A DNA stretch of 40,301 nt, taken from the IMG/VR virus record IMGVR_UViG_3300025653_003083, positions 1 through 40,301 of that record, one strand, 5' to 3'. Below, piece after piece: positions 1-8,562 of the stretch. The notes under the pieces are model-generated. The model saw only the letters and a list, made by a program, of their open reading frames with translations, made no database searches and was not told where the DNA came from. Source of the DNA: a virus (Duplodnaviria > Caudoviricetes). Numbering within the stretch: position 1 is the stretch's first letter; every line of letters starts with the position of its first letter. The position numbers and the translations under genes were made by a program.

Positions 1-421
1 TTATTTCCCAAGTGCCGCCACCGTGTTCCCACATACCACCCCATATAAGGTAGTTATTACCATCGAACATTGTTTCTCCCATGCGACAATCACAATTAGG
101 AATTTGGTTCATATTACCGGCGTTGTTGTTCACCTTGTTTTCTCCGTCAATTTTAACGGCGAAACCATCAAAAGGTGATCCCGGAGTTAGGTAATCGTAA
201 CTTGGATCAAAAGTTCCTGTTCCGGTTGGATCAAACAATAGTCCCGGAGTTGTGCCACCGCCAGAACCAAATGTACCTGTTGTTCCATTTATTCCTGCAC
301 GAACCCAGTTGTTTTCAAGTATGCCCATACCTGCTACATCTGCATTCATGCTTGATGTGTCTGCTAATGCTGTGGTTCCAAGTAGTGTTGCCATTAAACT
401 GGCAATTATAATTTTTTTCAT
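1..421 (-). CDS. Secreted Gly/Thr-rich protein, truncated at window edge (absent from ORF track)
   Basis: ATG at 421; frame open to base 1: MKKIIIASLMATLLGTTALA-DTSSMNADVAGMGILENNWVRAGINGTTGTFGSGGGTTPGLLFDPTGTGTFDPSYDYLTPGSPFDGF...; Sec signal peptide; AGGA SD upstream. Confidence 0.75.
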   Translation of the reverse strand, partial: MKKIIIASLMATLLGTTALADTSSMNADVAGMGILENNWVRAGINGTTGTFGSGGGTTPGLLFDPTGTGTFDPSYDYLTPGSPFDGFAVKIDGENKVNNNAGNMNQIPNCDCRMGETMFDGNNYLIWGGMWEHGGGTWEI

Positions 422-431
422 TGTGTATTCC

Positions 432-785
432 TTATCTAAACATAAACTCGACGCCGGCGACTATGCCAACTCCTAGTTCGTCTCCTTTGTCTTCATATGA
501 CGGTGCGGCAAATACTCTTACATTGTTCGTGAAATCATATGTTCCTCTTACATATGGAGCAACATCCCCAAACGCTGGATAACCCGTGACCGCAGCAAGT
601 TCTATACCAAAGTCATCAATCTCCATTCTATAACCTGTATAAAAACTTAGCCTGTCCACGCTGTTATAATAGGCACCAGCAATCGCTCCATCCTCTAGGA
701 ATCTAACGTGAGGATGTACACTATTGAAATCCCCTTCCATTCCAAAATGAGTGCTAAGTGCTAGTGCCCATACCAACTGTTGCAT
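432..785 (-). CDS. Small putative outer-membrane beta-barrel protein
   Basis: Alternating hydrophobic beta-strands, aromatic-rich, C-terminus GVEFMFR; ATG at 785 overlaps the upstream stop (TGATG). Confidence 0.55.
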   Translation of the reverse strand: MQQLVWALALSTHFGMEGDFNSVHPHVRFLEDGAIAGAYYNSVDRLSFYTGYRMEIDDFGIELAAVTGYPAFGDVAPYVRGTYDFTNNVRVFAAPSYEDKGDELGVGIVAGVEFMFR

Positions 786-901
786 CAATCTTCCTCTCTT
801 TGTTCATAATGAGAGTCGATATTGTCTGTGACCTTTCCAGCTGCCCACCAGCCAAAAGCTGTTAGGAAACCTATAACAAAGTAAACTAGTACATTTTCCA
901 A
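785..901 (-). CDS. 38-aa single-TM small protein (absent from ORF track)
   Basis: TTG start with GAGG SD; MENVLVYFVIGFLTAFGWWAAGKVTDNIDSHYEQREED*; stop coupled to the next ATG. Confidence 0.6.
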   Translation of the reverse strand: MENVLVYFVIGFLTAFGWWAAGKVTDNIDSHYEQREED

Positions 902-913
902 AATCAGTGCCCT

Positions 914-931
914 CTGTAAATATTTTTACAG
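914..931. promoter_or_regulatory. Palindromic operator-like site CTGTAAA-TATT-TTTACAG
   Basis: Dyad symmetry; the same 17-mer occurs at 3486-3502; lies just downstream of minus-strand TAAATA (935-940). Confidence 0.6.
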
Positions 932-970
932 AAATATTTAGTTAACAATTCAAATAGATAATGTTATAAG

Positions 971-1657
971 TTAATTTTGTGAAACTGTTATAGCACAACC
1001 TGCTGTGTTTGTACAAATACCAGTAAGGCTGTAGGTCTTGCTTGTGGCGGTGCTGTTGGTTGTTTGATTGCTGGTCACACTATAAGCACCACCGCCGTTT
1101 GTGAGATCAACAGCAAATGAATGTGCCATAGTTCCACTTTGACTAGCATCAACACTATGCCCATCACCTGTAAGCACGATGTCTGCCCATTGTTGTCCGC
1201 CGTTGCCTCTTTGGTATAAATCTACTGTATTAGAATCGCCTTGTATTTCTATGAATCCGTCGTGTCCTGCTTTGCCCATTTGCGTGTGTTCTACGGTATT
1301 GTAGTCACCATTTACTATATTTGCTAGGTGATGTGGTGCTCCGCCTCCGCCGCCTCTATTTTCATCTGTCTGATAACTGCCTAAATCATTGTTACTACCT
1401 GTAATAGTCCAGTATGCTTCATGGCCACCAGTTTCATTTCCGTCAATGGTTCCATCAGAGTGCATACCTTGATAGACTTTAACTGTATTGTCATCACCTG
1501 TTTCATTATAACTGATGTAGTTGTCCTTGCTACGCTGTTGCATCTCAAGGCTCAAGCCATCGCCACTTTGTGTGATGTAGATTTCATTACTAGAAGTTAC
1601 GTTGGGTAATAGTAATGCTATTCCCGCCGCCCACACCAACCCGGTAGCCGTACGCAT
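971..1657 (-). CDS. Curlin-like beta-repeat secreted protein
   Basis: Signal peptide then NEIYITQSGDGLSLEMQQ; repeated Q-x-G-D-x-N-T-V units (IQGDSNTVDLYQRG, VNGDYNTVEHTQ); next to csgF/csgG. Confidence 0.7.
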   Translation of the reverse strand: MRTATGLVWAAGIALLLPNVTSSNEIYITQSGDGLSLEMQQRSKDNYISYNETGDDNTVKVYQGMHSDGTIDGNETGGHEAYWTITGSNNDLGSYQTDENRGGGGGAPHHLANIVNGDYNTVEHTQMGKAGHDGFIEIQGDSNTVDLYQRGNGGQQWADIVLTGDGHSVDASQSGTMAHSFAVDLTNGGGAYSVTSNQTTNSTATSKTYSLTGICTNTAGCAITVSQN

Positions 1658-2702
1658 AAAAGCCCTCCTGTTCCATATCTATAGTATATCCATATCCTTG
1701 ATCTAATGTAAGTTGGAATATGTGTTGATCACCTTCTTGCCTACGCACAACAAAATTAGGAAATGGTTCGTCATAAAAAATATTTGTTTCTGGATCAAGT
1801 CCTAAAAACTTGACATCCAATAATTCTTGGTTTTGCACATCTAATTCGTCAATCCACTGTGCTAATATTTCCTTGAGTTGACGCTCCATTTCGTCTACCC
1901 ACACAGGGTTTAAATGTGTCATATTGTCTAAATCTGTTACCCAAATGTTTTTTATACCTTCTACCAACGGATCTCTATCCAGTTCATCAAACTTTAAAAA
2001 GTCAATGTCCAGTAGATTTGTGTCTGGATAACGTCTTGTTATTTCTTCTTCATACGGCGAAACTTTACGTATTATCAACATTGCTGTAAGCATATTTTCT
2101 GGTAAGTCAAGAACTATAGTAGGACCAGGTATAGCTCCTCTATGTGGCACCACAGTGGTTTGATATGCTTGGTTCATTATAACCTGTCCAACATCAGATT
2201 CTACAGATATTTCACCCGTAACACAAGCGCCACTTGCATCACAACTTGGTAACAGCGTAATCATTGATCCACCTACTTCATCTACAATCATCATAAAGTC
2301 TGTGCCTCTAACATTAATTGTAGCACTTGGTGTTCTAATGTTTACACGCTGTCTGGAATTCTTTGCTATTTGACCACTTGCATAACGCACTGCGCCTAGT
2401 GTTGCTTTCATTGACAATGCGCCAGTTTTTGTATTAGGATCATATATAAATTCGTCTATAGTCATACGTGAATGTTCGGTAACATCAACACGAGTATCGT
2501 CAATAAAGTCCATACGCATTGAACCTTTGCCTGTGATGATCTTATCGTTCATCTCAAGGTTTAGGCCTACTTCGCCATCATACTTGAGTTGTTCACGTTC
2601 TACTACACTGCTGCCTTTGTGCTGTGCTATTTCGCCAATGCTTGCGTATACAGGGGTGCTGAGTAGTAAAGCACTAATCAGACTGCGTAATATCAACATC
2701 AT
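1590..2702 (-). CDS. Secreted FecR-domain protein with curlin-like C-terminal strand
   Basis: Signal peptide; FecR motifs D.IITG.G..R..F.DDT.V and IRTPSATINVRGTDF; ends GGGNSITITQRNF. Confidence 0.8.
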   Translation of the reverse strand: MMLILRSLISALLLSTPVYASIGEIAQHKGSSVVEREQLKYDGEVGLNLEMNDKIITGKGSMRMDFIDDTRVDVTEHSRMTIDEFIYDPNTKTGALSMKATLGAVRYASGQIAKNSRQRVNIRTPSATINVRGTDFMMIVDEVGGSMITLLPSCDASGACVTGEISVESDVGQVIMNQAYQTTVVPHRGAIPGPTIVLDLPENMLTAMLIIRKVSPYEEEITRRYPDTNLLDIDFLKFDELDRDPLVEGIKNIWVTDLDNMTHLNPVWVDEMERQLKEILAQWIDELDVQNQELLDVKFLGLDPETNIFYDEPFPNFVVRRQEGDQHIFQLTLDQGYGYTIDMEQEGFYAYGYRVGVGGGNSITITQRNF

Positions 2703-3411
2703 GTCCATCACCCGAGAATGTAGCATCTACAGTATTATCATATATTCCACTTTGTTTGATATAGTAGTTGCTGCCGCCGCCGGTGATGTCTAATGTTACG
2801 CTATGCCCTGCACTGTCTCCATCTCCATCTTGATCTATTTCCACTACTACACCACCTTGACCTGATGTATATGTAGTTGTCGAATCTGATGATGTTGCTG
2901 TGCTTATGGTAGAATCATTATCTATTGTTACATTAACTACTGCACTTGTGCCGTCAACGTCTGTGATCAATATGCTTCCGTCGCCCTCTACTGTAAAATC
3001 AATTTGTGCACCATCAGCATCTGCTGTTTCACCAATTCTCAGCACAAACTCGTTACTGTCTCCTGTTGTGGTAATATTCAGTGTTACATTTTCACAGTTC
3101 ACACCTGCTGTGTTATCACAAGTTAAATCAACTGTATTGCTATTGCCAGTAAACTGCCAAGTTCCTGTATAAGTGTTGCCCTTGATCACCGCATCAATTA
3201 CATTGCTGTCACCAGTCTGTGTAATGCTGAATGTCATATCATCACCATCCAGAGTTACATCTGTTGTTGAATCGCCAAACTCGTTATTTTGGCCGTCTTG
3301 GGTAATATCCAAATCTAGAGTGTCACCAATTTGTGTGATGTAAATCTCGTTAGCGTATGCTACACTTGCGAGAAACAATGACAGGATTGCCCCGTATATT
3401 ACTGCCCTCAT
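2674..3411 (-). CDS. Curlin-like beta-repeat secreted protein (CsgA/B-like)
   Basis: GGAGGT SD then MRAVIYG...AYA-NEIYITQIGDTLDLDITQDGQNN; repeats ITQTGDSN, FTGNSNTV, IDQDGDG, IKQSGIYDNTV; very acidic and Thr-rich. Confidence 0.75.
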   Translation of the reverse strand: MRAVIYGAILSLFLASVAYANEIYITQIGDTLDLDITQDGQNNEFGDSTTDVTLDGDDMTFSITQTGDSNVIDAVIKGNTYTGTWQFTGNSNTVDLTCDNTAGVNCENVTLNITTTGDSNEFVLRIGETADADGAQIDFTVEGDGSILITDVDGTSAVVNVTIDNDSTISTATSSDSTTTYTSGQGGVVVEIDQDGDGDSAGHSVTLDITGGGSNYYIKQSGIYDNTVDATFSGDGHDVDITQSD

Positions 3412-3464
3412 ATTATTTTTACCTCCGGCTTTCGCCAAACGTATTTATTCATCCCTCACAGTTT

Positions 3465-3502
3465 TATAAATACAAAGGTATTTAGTGTAAATATTTTTAC
3501 AG
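3465..3502 (+). promoter_or_regulatory. T4-type late promoter TATAAATA (3465-3472) followed by palindrome TGTAAATATTTTTACAG (3486-3502)
   Basis: Exact T4 late consensus upstream of the Fis-like ORF; minus-strand TAAATA at 3442-3447 and 3479-3484 for the curlin gene. Confidence 0.6.
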
Positions 3503-3517
3503 TAAAGTGAGTATATA

Positions 3518-3799
3518 ATGAATATAAATACTGTTATGGGTGCTTTAAAAAACGCAGAAAAAATACATCAAGAACAGCAAGCGTTCTGGGATACATTTGA
3601 TAAAATTTGGCCAGCAGATAAATCAAAATCTGAACCTAAAGATAATTATTGTCTCCACGACGAAATAGACGAAATTATCTTTGAAAAGGTAGTAGAAGCA
3701 TTAAAAGATTGTAATCACAATCGAACTCACACTGCTAACAAACTTGGAATCAAAAGAGAAACACTTTTGGCTAAGATGAAGAAGTATTGTCTTCTTTGA
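3518..3799 (+). CDS. Fis-family HTH protein
   Basis: C-terminal ALKDCNHNRTHTANKLGIKRETLLAKMKKY matches the HTH_8 pattern; antisense within the curli cluster. Confidence 0.8.
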   Translation: MNINTVMGALKNAEKIHQEQQAFWDTFDKIWPADKSKSEPKDNYCLHDEIDEIIFEKVVEALKDCNHNRTHTANKLGIKRETLLAKMKKYCLL

Positions 3800-4574
3800 A
3801 CTTCCAAAGATTTTGTTGTTCACCTTGGTAAACCAATTCAATAACTGCTGCCTCTATGGCTGCTCTGACAGCATAATTGGTTGCTTCGTTAACTGAATAT
3901 CCTGTTTCAACTTCTAGAGCCTCTGTTCCTAAGTCAAAAAACTTAAACGCACTACTGCCTTGTCTAAAACTTGCTATTGACTTTTGTGCTGCTACACTAA
4001 CCAACACCCTTCCTGAGCTTACACTCACAAGACGCATTGCCACAGTCACAGTATCTACTCTGTATGCTACAGATGATCCAATGCCCAAATACATAGCACC
4101 ACTGCCGCCAGTTTCTATATTGCTATCATATCCAATAATGCCGCCTTCTAGAATTATACCAGCAAACTTCATTGCTGCTAGTGGTGTTGGATTATCTTTT
4201 TCGTAGTTTTCTCTTGTGTTGCGTATTAGTTGGCGTTCTTTGATAACATGATCCATACCGCCACGCTCTACAACTTCAAACCAACTGCCATTGCCTGCTT
4301 GCAGAAGTGCATCTATTACCCATGCTTCTGCACCTTGGGTAACAGCACTGCTTAAATTTGCTACATTGTCTGCTGGTTTACGCTGTCCTGTTTTGTCTGT
4401 AAATTCATAAACACCAACGGTCATTGCAGGTCCGTCTAATACCGGCAATTCTTGTAGTTCTACAGCCATAGGGTTATTTTGTATTTCAGGACCTTTTTGA
4501 AAATTTGAGGGTAGGTTTCCCTTAGCAGCGCACCCTGTAAGGATCAAAAATGATATTAATGCCAAATACTTCAA
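3771..4574 (-). CDS. csgG: Curli secretion channel lipoprotein CsgG
   Basis: Lipobox LTGC; VYEFTDKTGQRKP, SSAVTQGA, WFEVVERGGMD, EGGIIGYDSN, LEVETGYSVNE motifs. Confidence 0.93.
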   Translation of the reverse strand: MKYLALISFLILTGCAAKGNLPSNFQKGPEIQNNPMAVELQELPVLDGPAMTVGVYEFTDKTGQRKPADNVANLSSAVTQGAEAWVIDALLQAGNGSWFEVVERGGMDHVIKERQLIRNTRENYEKDNPTPLAAMKFAGIILEGGIIGYDSNIETGGSGAMYLGIGSSVAYRVDTVTVAMRLVSVSSGRVLVSVAAQKSIASFRQGSSAFKFFDLGTEALEVETGYSVNEATNYAVRAAIEAAVIELVYQGEQQNLWKFKEDNTSSS

Positions 4575-5047
4575 AAATTGAATTCTCCTGATCCTGGTAT
4601 TGTTATTTCTGTGTAGCCATCAGGTCCGTCAATTATCAGTGTGATGCTGCCTGTGGTTTCGTCCTTTGTCCAAGTAATTGTAGCACCCTCAACCACTGTG
4701 GAGCCAGTATTTGAACACGCTGGTTGATCCTCTTCGCCACAAGCTGCGAACATTCCATCTACCAATTGTTTTGATAGAGTAGCATAGATACGTGACTCTA
4801 AATTACGTATAAACTTGTTAAGAACTGTATTTTCTAGTTCACGTTCGATACGCTCTTGCTCTCGCTTTGCTTCGTCTTCTATGTCTTTTTTTCTATTAAA
4901 AGTGAGTTGTTCAAGGCTCAGCATATGAGCACTATATCCTTGCCCGTTAAATGCCGGTGATTTAAAATTATATACAAGATCAGCGCCAGCAATCGTTGCT
5001 TTTACCATAACAAAGAAAAATACTGCGGTTACTACAAATTGTTTCAT
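4571..5047 (-). CDS. csgF: Curli assembly protein CsgF-like
   Basis: Signal peptide then DLVYNFKSPAFNG (CsgF N-terminal motif); F..NLESRIYATLS; stop overlaps the csgG start. Confidence 0.85.
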   Translation of the reverse strand: MKQFVVTAVFFFVMVKATIAGADLVYNFKSPAFNGQGYSAHMLSLEQLTFNRKKDIEDEAKREQERIERELENTVLNKFIRNLESRIYATLSKQLVDGMFAACGEEDQPACSNTGSTVVEGATITWTKDETTGSITLIIDGPDGYTEITIPGSGEFNF

Positions 5048-5068
5048 TGGATACTCCAATGATATTTA

Positions 5069-6433
5069 TCATTCGTTCTTGTATGCCATTGTTGTAAGAC
5101 GTTGGATCAGCGGACCCATTTCTACTGGGTTCCATATTTTTTCTTTTGCTGTTCCTGCGTTTGCAACACTATATCTAATTTTTAGTGCAACTTCATTAGA
5201 ATTTTTATCATAGATAAACAAGTTAGGACGTTTAGTGCCATCAGACCCTTGACCCATAATAATTTTTGCATCAAGATCGATATCATTTGCTCTCAGTTTT
5301 TGAGCAAGATTTTTAAATGTATGCACACTACTTTTGCCACTCTTTTTTAGACTAATAAGTCTAACATTTTGATTACCTGAAGATCCTTGATCTGCAACAA
5401 AATCTCCAATCTTGGCAACTACGCCTGCTTCGTTCTTTGCATCTTGTCCTGCAAGTATTTCTTTTAATTGTGTTAATGCTTGAGAATATGCATTAACCCA
5501 AAAACTTGTTTTGTCTGTTATTGGGTCTGCTGGTTTTTGAATTTCAACACCAAGTGGTCCAAACAATTTCTGTGCTGCTACAACAACACCATCATTTTTC
5601 AATGCGCCGCCGCCAACTTGTCCAATTGTATCGCTGCCAGCCTTAAGACTAATGGCAAGCCCTTTGAGAGGACGCATGTTTCCTTTGTTGTCTCTAACAT
5701 ATGCGTCAATATCAGTTTTACGGCCTTTTTGATCGCTTAGGCCATCGCTATCAACTTTTATTAGGTCTGCTTTTCCGTTTTTGTAAAAATAATCTGCATA
5801 CCTGTCAATCTGTCCACTGTTTGCATAATGCACTGCTGCCGCTGCTATGTTTGACATTTTAGGCCAAAAATCTTTTGATTGCAAAAATTGCATTGCAGGT
5901 CCACGTATTGCAACTTTAAATTCTATAGTATCTGCAACCTTGCTATTTAAATCTGTAACTTTGTAGGTTTGTTCGCCTGCTGACATAGCTTTATTTAAGG
6001 TGTTTTTTAAATCATCGATAGTGATATCTTCTACGCTATCTGCACCACGTTTTGTAAGTTTAGCAACAACGGCTGCACTTAACAATGGTTCAGCAAGGTC
6101 TCCTTTGTTTTCTGCTGTGCTACCTTTTGCACCTGCTGCATGTGTAAGACCTGATTCAATAGCACTTACACTGCCGTTTAAAGTAAATCCTTGTCCGTTT
6201 GGGCGTTTAAAAGACATTGATGTGCCACCAGTCTTACCAACTTGTATAGTTGGACCTTGAGCCTTTTCAACCCATGTAAGAGTTTCGTTAGGCTGAAAAT
6301 CTGGTATTTCTTGTTGAATTAGACTTAGTAGAGCCTGACCATTTTTGCTACCCGATACATTGACTTGATGACCGTATTCATAAACGCCTGGACGGCTTAT
6401 GATACTTGCTTCTATAATTTCACTATAACGCAT
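5069..6433 (-). CDS. Hypothetical protein, possible PD-(D/E)XK fold, capsid-targeting-like N-terminus
   Basis: MRYSEIIEA start; NKGDLAE...KTDI...ISLK motifs; late promoter at 6454-6459. Confidence 0.45.
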   Translation of the reverse strand: MRYSEIIEASIISRPGVYEYGHQVNVSGSKNGQALLSLIQQEIPDFQPNETLTWVEKAQGPTIQVGKTGGTSMSFKRPNGQGFTLNGSVSAIESGLTHAAGAKGSTAENKGDLAEPLLSAAVVAKLTKRGADSVEDITIDDLKNTLNKAMSAGEQTYKVTDLNSKVADTIEFKVAIRGPAMQFLQSKDFWPKMSNIAAAAVHYANSGQIDRYADYFYKNGKADLIKVDSDGLSDQKGRKTDIDAYVRDNKGNMRPLKGLAISLKAGSDTIGQVGGGALKNDGVVVAAQKLFGPLGVEIQKPADPITDKTSFWVNAYSQALTQLKEILAGQDAKNEAGVVAKIGDFVADQGSSGNQNVRLISLKKSGKSSVHTFKNLAQKLRANDIDLDAKIIMGQGSDGTKRPNLFIYDKNSNEVALKIRYSVANAGTAKEKIWNPVEMGPLIQRLTTMAYKNE

Positions 6434-6456
6434 GTTTAATTCCTAGTTATTGTTAT

Positions 6457-7149
6457 TTATGCAAGTTTAGGAAACAACATATCTCTACAAAAAATATCTA
6501 CGTCTTCTTCAGGTAAACCTAGTGATTTCATCACTGCTGGTGTGTGCGGATTTTGTTGCTGATTGTGACAGTAATAATCTTGTGCTTCTGCTACTGCTGT
6601 TTCATCACCATTGTTGTTAAATTCTTTTACTTCATCCATGTATGTGCGAAGATTATCAAGAGCAATACGAATAATTTCTGTTGCTTCTTCTTCTGTCTTA
6701 ACATTGCCTGCGGCAAGCATTTTTCCTGTAAAAATATTAGTAGCCCATTCAGGCAGTTCACGTTGCTTCTCAGGAACAAAGTGTTCAACGCTATCATAAT
6801 AACCTTGTATCATTGGATGATCAGGATTGCTGCTGCGACTAAAGTCATGGAATGCCCCTGTCATTTTATTTTTACCTGCAATTACATCAAAGCCGTAAAT
6901 AGGAGAATCGTTGTGTAGTTGCGGGAAAATACACACATGCATCATCCAAAGACCTTTTGAATCTCTAGCATCCACTACATCGATGTGTGCCCTACGTATA
7001 CTATCATTAGCCCAAACACGATTAATCCAACCACCGTCTGGGCGATTGAAATACTCCAACCCATCTTCTTGTATTTCTGTTGCTTGTTTTTCAAAGATTT
7101 CGATAATCGTGTCTTGGCATTCAATTAATTTCTCCCAAATCATACTCAT
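6457..7149 (-). CDS. pcyX: Ferredoxin-dependent bilin reductase (PcyX/PcyA family)
   Basis: RRAHIDVVD, WMMHVCIFP, PIYGFDVIAG, RELPEWA..IF, Q..YC..QQQNPHT; directly downstream of heme oxygenase. Confidence 0.85.
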   Translation of the reverse strand: MSMIWEKLIECQDTIIEIFEKQATEIQEDGLEYFNRPDGGWINRVWANDSIRRAHIDVVDARDSKGLWMMHVCIFPQLHNDSPIYGFDVIAGKNKMTGAFHDFSRSSNPDHPMIQGYYDSVEHFVPEKQRELPEWATNIFTGKMLAAGNVKTEEEATEIIRIALDNLRTYMDEVKEFNNNGDETAVAEAQDYYCHNQQQNPHTPAVMKSLGLPEEDVDIFCRDMLFPKLA

Positions 7150-7682
7150 GCGTCTAACTCCTCAAAAAGTTGCATTGCAAACTCAAAACAAATATTTGCT
7201 TCATCTGCCATTGAATCGTTAAGTTTTGCTCTTACAATAGTTTTTAATGTTTCAACATCTGTGAATTCATACATCTTGCCGCTACCAGGATTGCGCTTTG
7301 CAATCATTTGTCCGCCATACATGTCACCAAAATGTCTGACATAAATGTGTGCTAATACATCTTGTGGATTGGTTAAGCCAATTACATGATCGGCATATTC
7401 TGCAACAACAGGACATAGTAAGTCGCTAGTGCGTTTAATTTCATATTGGTTTTCTAATTCAATCATATCTTGTTTGATAGCTTCAGCACGACAAATATCT
7501 TCAATGCCAATTAGAACCAGTAGTTCTTTTGCACGACTTTCTAAAACTGCATATTGCACATACTGATTGTAAATGTATCTATGGTATTCTTGTGGAGACA
7601 TGCCCTTGAGTAATTTACGGGCATGTTCTGTTCTTTCTGCTTTTTGGTGATTTTCCCAAGTAAGCTCTTTAAGTTTGCTCAT
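7146..7682 (-). CDS. hemO: Heme oxygenase
   Basis: LKELT...HQKAE proximal His; AHIYVRHFGDMYGGQMI distal helix; DEANICFEF. Confidence 0.92.
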   Translation of the reverse strand: MSKLKELTWENHQKAERTEHARKLLKGMSPQEYHRYIYNQYVQYAVLESRAKELLVLIGIEDICRAEAIKQDMIELENQYEIKRTSDLLCPVVAEYADHVIGLTNPQDVLAHIYVRHFGDMYGGQMIAKRNPGSGKMYEFTDVETLKTIVRAKLNDSMADEANICFEFAMQLFEELDA

Positions 7683-7981
7683 GTATCCTCTTCAACTCTA
7701 ATACGCAATGGAAAATTATTTTCTTTACATACGCTTTGTGCTTCCAATGCTTTTTGTTCTGCTACTTCGTATGTATACGTTCCTACCACGCCCGAGCCCT
7801 CTTCGTGAATTTTTAATGTAATTTCACGAGCTGTATTTTCACTGTGTTTGAATATTTCAACAATAAGAGCAACCACAAAGTCCATTGGTGTAGCATCATC
7901 GTTCAAAAACACAACGTGATACATACTTGGTTCTTTGATTTCTATTTTTATCTTTTCGTCAATAACTACTTCAGTGGTCAT
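7679..7981 (-). CDS. clpS: ClpS N-end-rule adaptor
   Basis: PSMYHVVFLNDDATPMDFVV, IHEEGSGVVG.Y..EVAEQK, FPLR. Confidence 0.93.
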   Translation of the reverse strand: MTTEVVIDEKIKIEIKEPSMYHVVFLNDDATPMDFVVALIVEIFKHSENTAREITLKIHEEGSGVVGTYTYEVAEQKALEAQSVCKENNFPLRIRVEEDT

Positions 7982-7995
7982 ATCAATTCCTAAAT

Positions 7996-8015
7996 GGGGG
8001 GATGTTACTCCCCCC
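7996..8015 (-). terminator. GC-rich hairpin between hsp20 and clpS
   Basis: GGGGGGA-gtaaca-TCCCCCC; only a short U tract, so weak terminator or processing hairpin. Confidence 0.45.
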
Positions 8016-8022
8016 TAGACTG

Positions 8023-8508
8023 TTAGCCTTTTTTGCCATCAATGGCTGCTGCATAATTATCAGCAGTATCAATAGTTTTAATTTGACGGATGCTAATCTT
8101 CTTAGGCTTTTGAGCCTCTGGAACATTGCGCACCAAATTAATATGTAACATTCCGTGTTCCAATTCAGCATCTTCAACTTCGATGTGTTCAGCTAGTGTA
8201 AACTGTCTACGGAAGTTTCTATTGCCTATTCCTTTGTGAAGATAATTTTTACCTTCTGGAACTTCAGGTGATGTGCCTTCAATTGTTAGGACATTCTTTT
8301 CTAATGTGATGTCCAAATCCTCCATTGTAAATCCAGCAATAGCCAATGAGATTGTATACTCATCGTCATTTTCTTGGATTACGTTGTATGGTGGATAACC
8401 TTGTGATTTTGTATTTGCAAACTCTCTGTCGAGTTGCTCGAACATTCTATCAAAGCCAATTGTGGCACGTGCGAATGTAGGTAAGTCTAGAGTTGTTAAT
8501 CTTGTCAT
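8023..8508 (-). CDS. Small heat-shock protein (Hsp20/IbpA family)
   Basis: IGFDRMF, YPPYNV, LAIAGF, YLHKGIGNRNFRRQFTLAEH, A.LEHGML. Confidence 0.95.
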   Translation of the reverse strand: MTRLTTLDLPTFARATIGFDRMFEQLDREFANTKSQGYPPYNVIQENDDEYTISLAIAGFTMEDLDITLEKNVLTIEGTSPEVPEGKNYLHKGIGNRNFRRQFTLAEHIEVEDAELEHGMLHINLVRNVPEAQKPKKISIRQIKTIDTADNYAAAIDGKKG

Positions 8509-8561
8509 TTCATTTCTCCTTTATAAGCAAGATATGTATGGACCCATTTTTGGCGTCCATG
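8506..8561 (-). promoter_or_regulatory. ROSE-like RNA thermometer in hsp20 5'UTR
   Basis: 5' hairpin AUGGAC...GUCCAU then UCUUGCU-UAUA-AAGGAGA, placing the UUGCU motif opposite the SD. Confidence 0.65.
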
Positions 8562-8562
8562 T

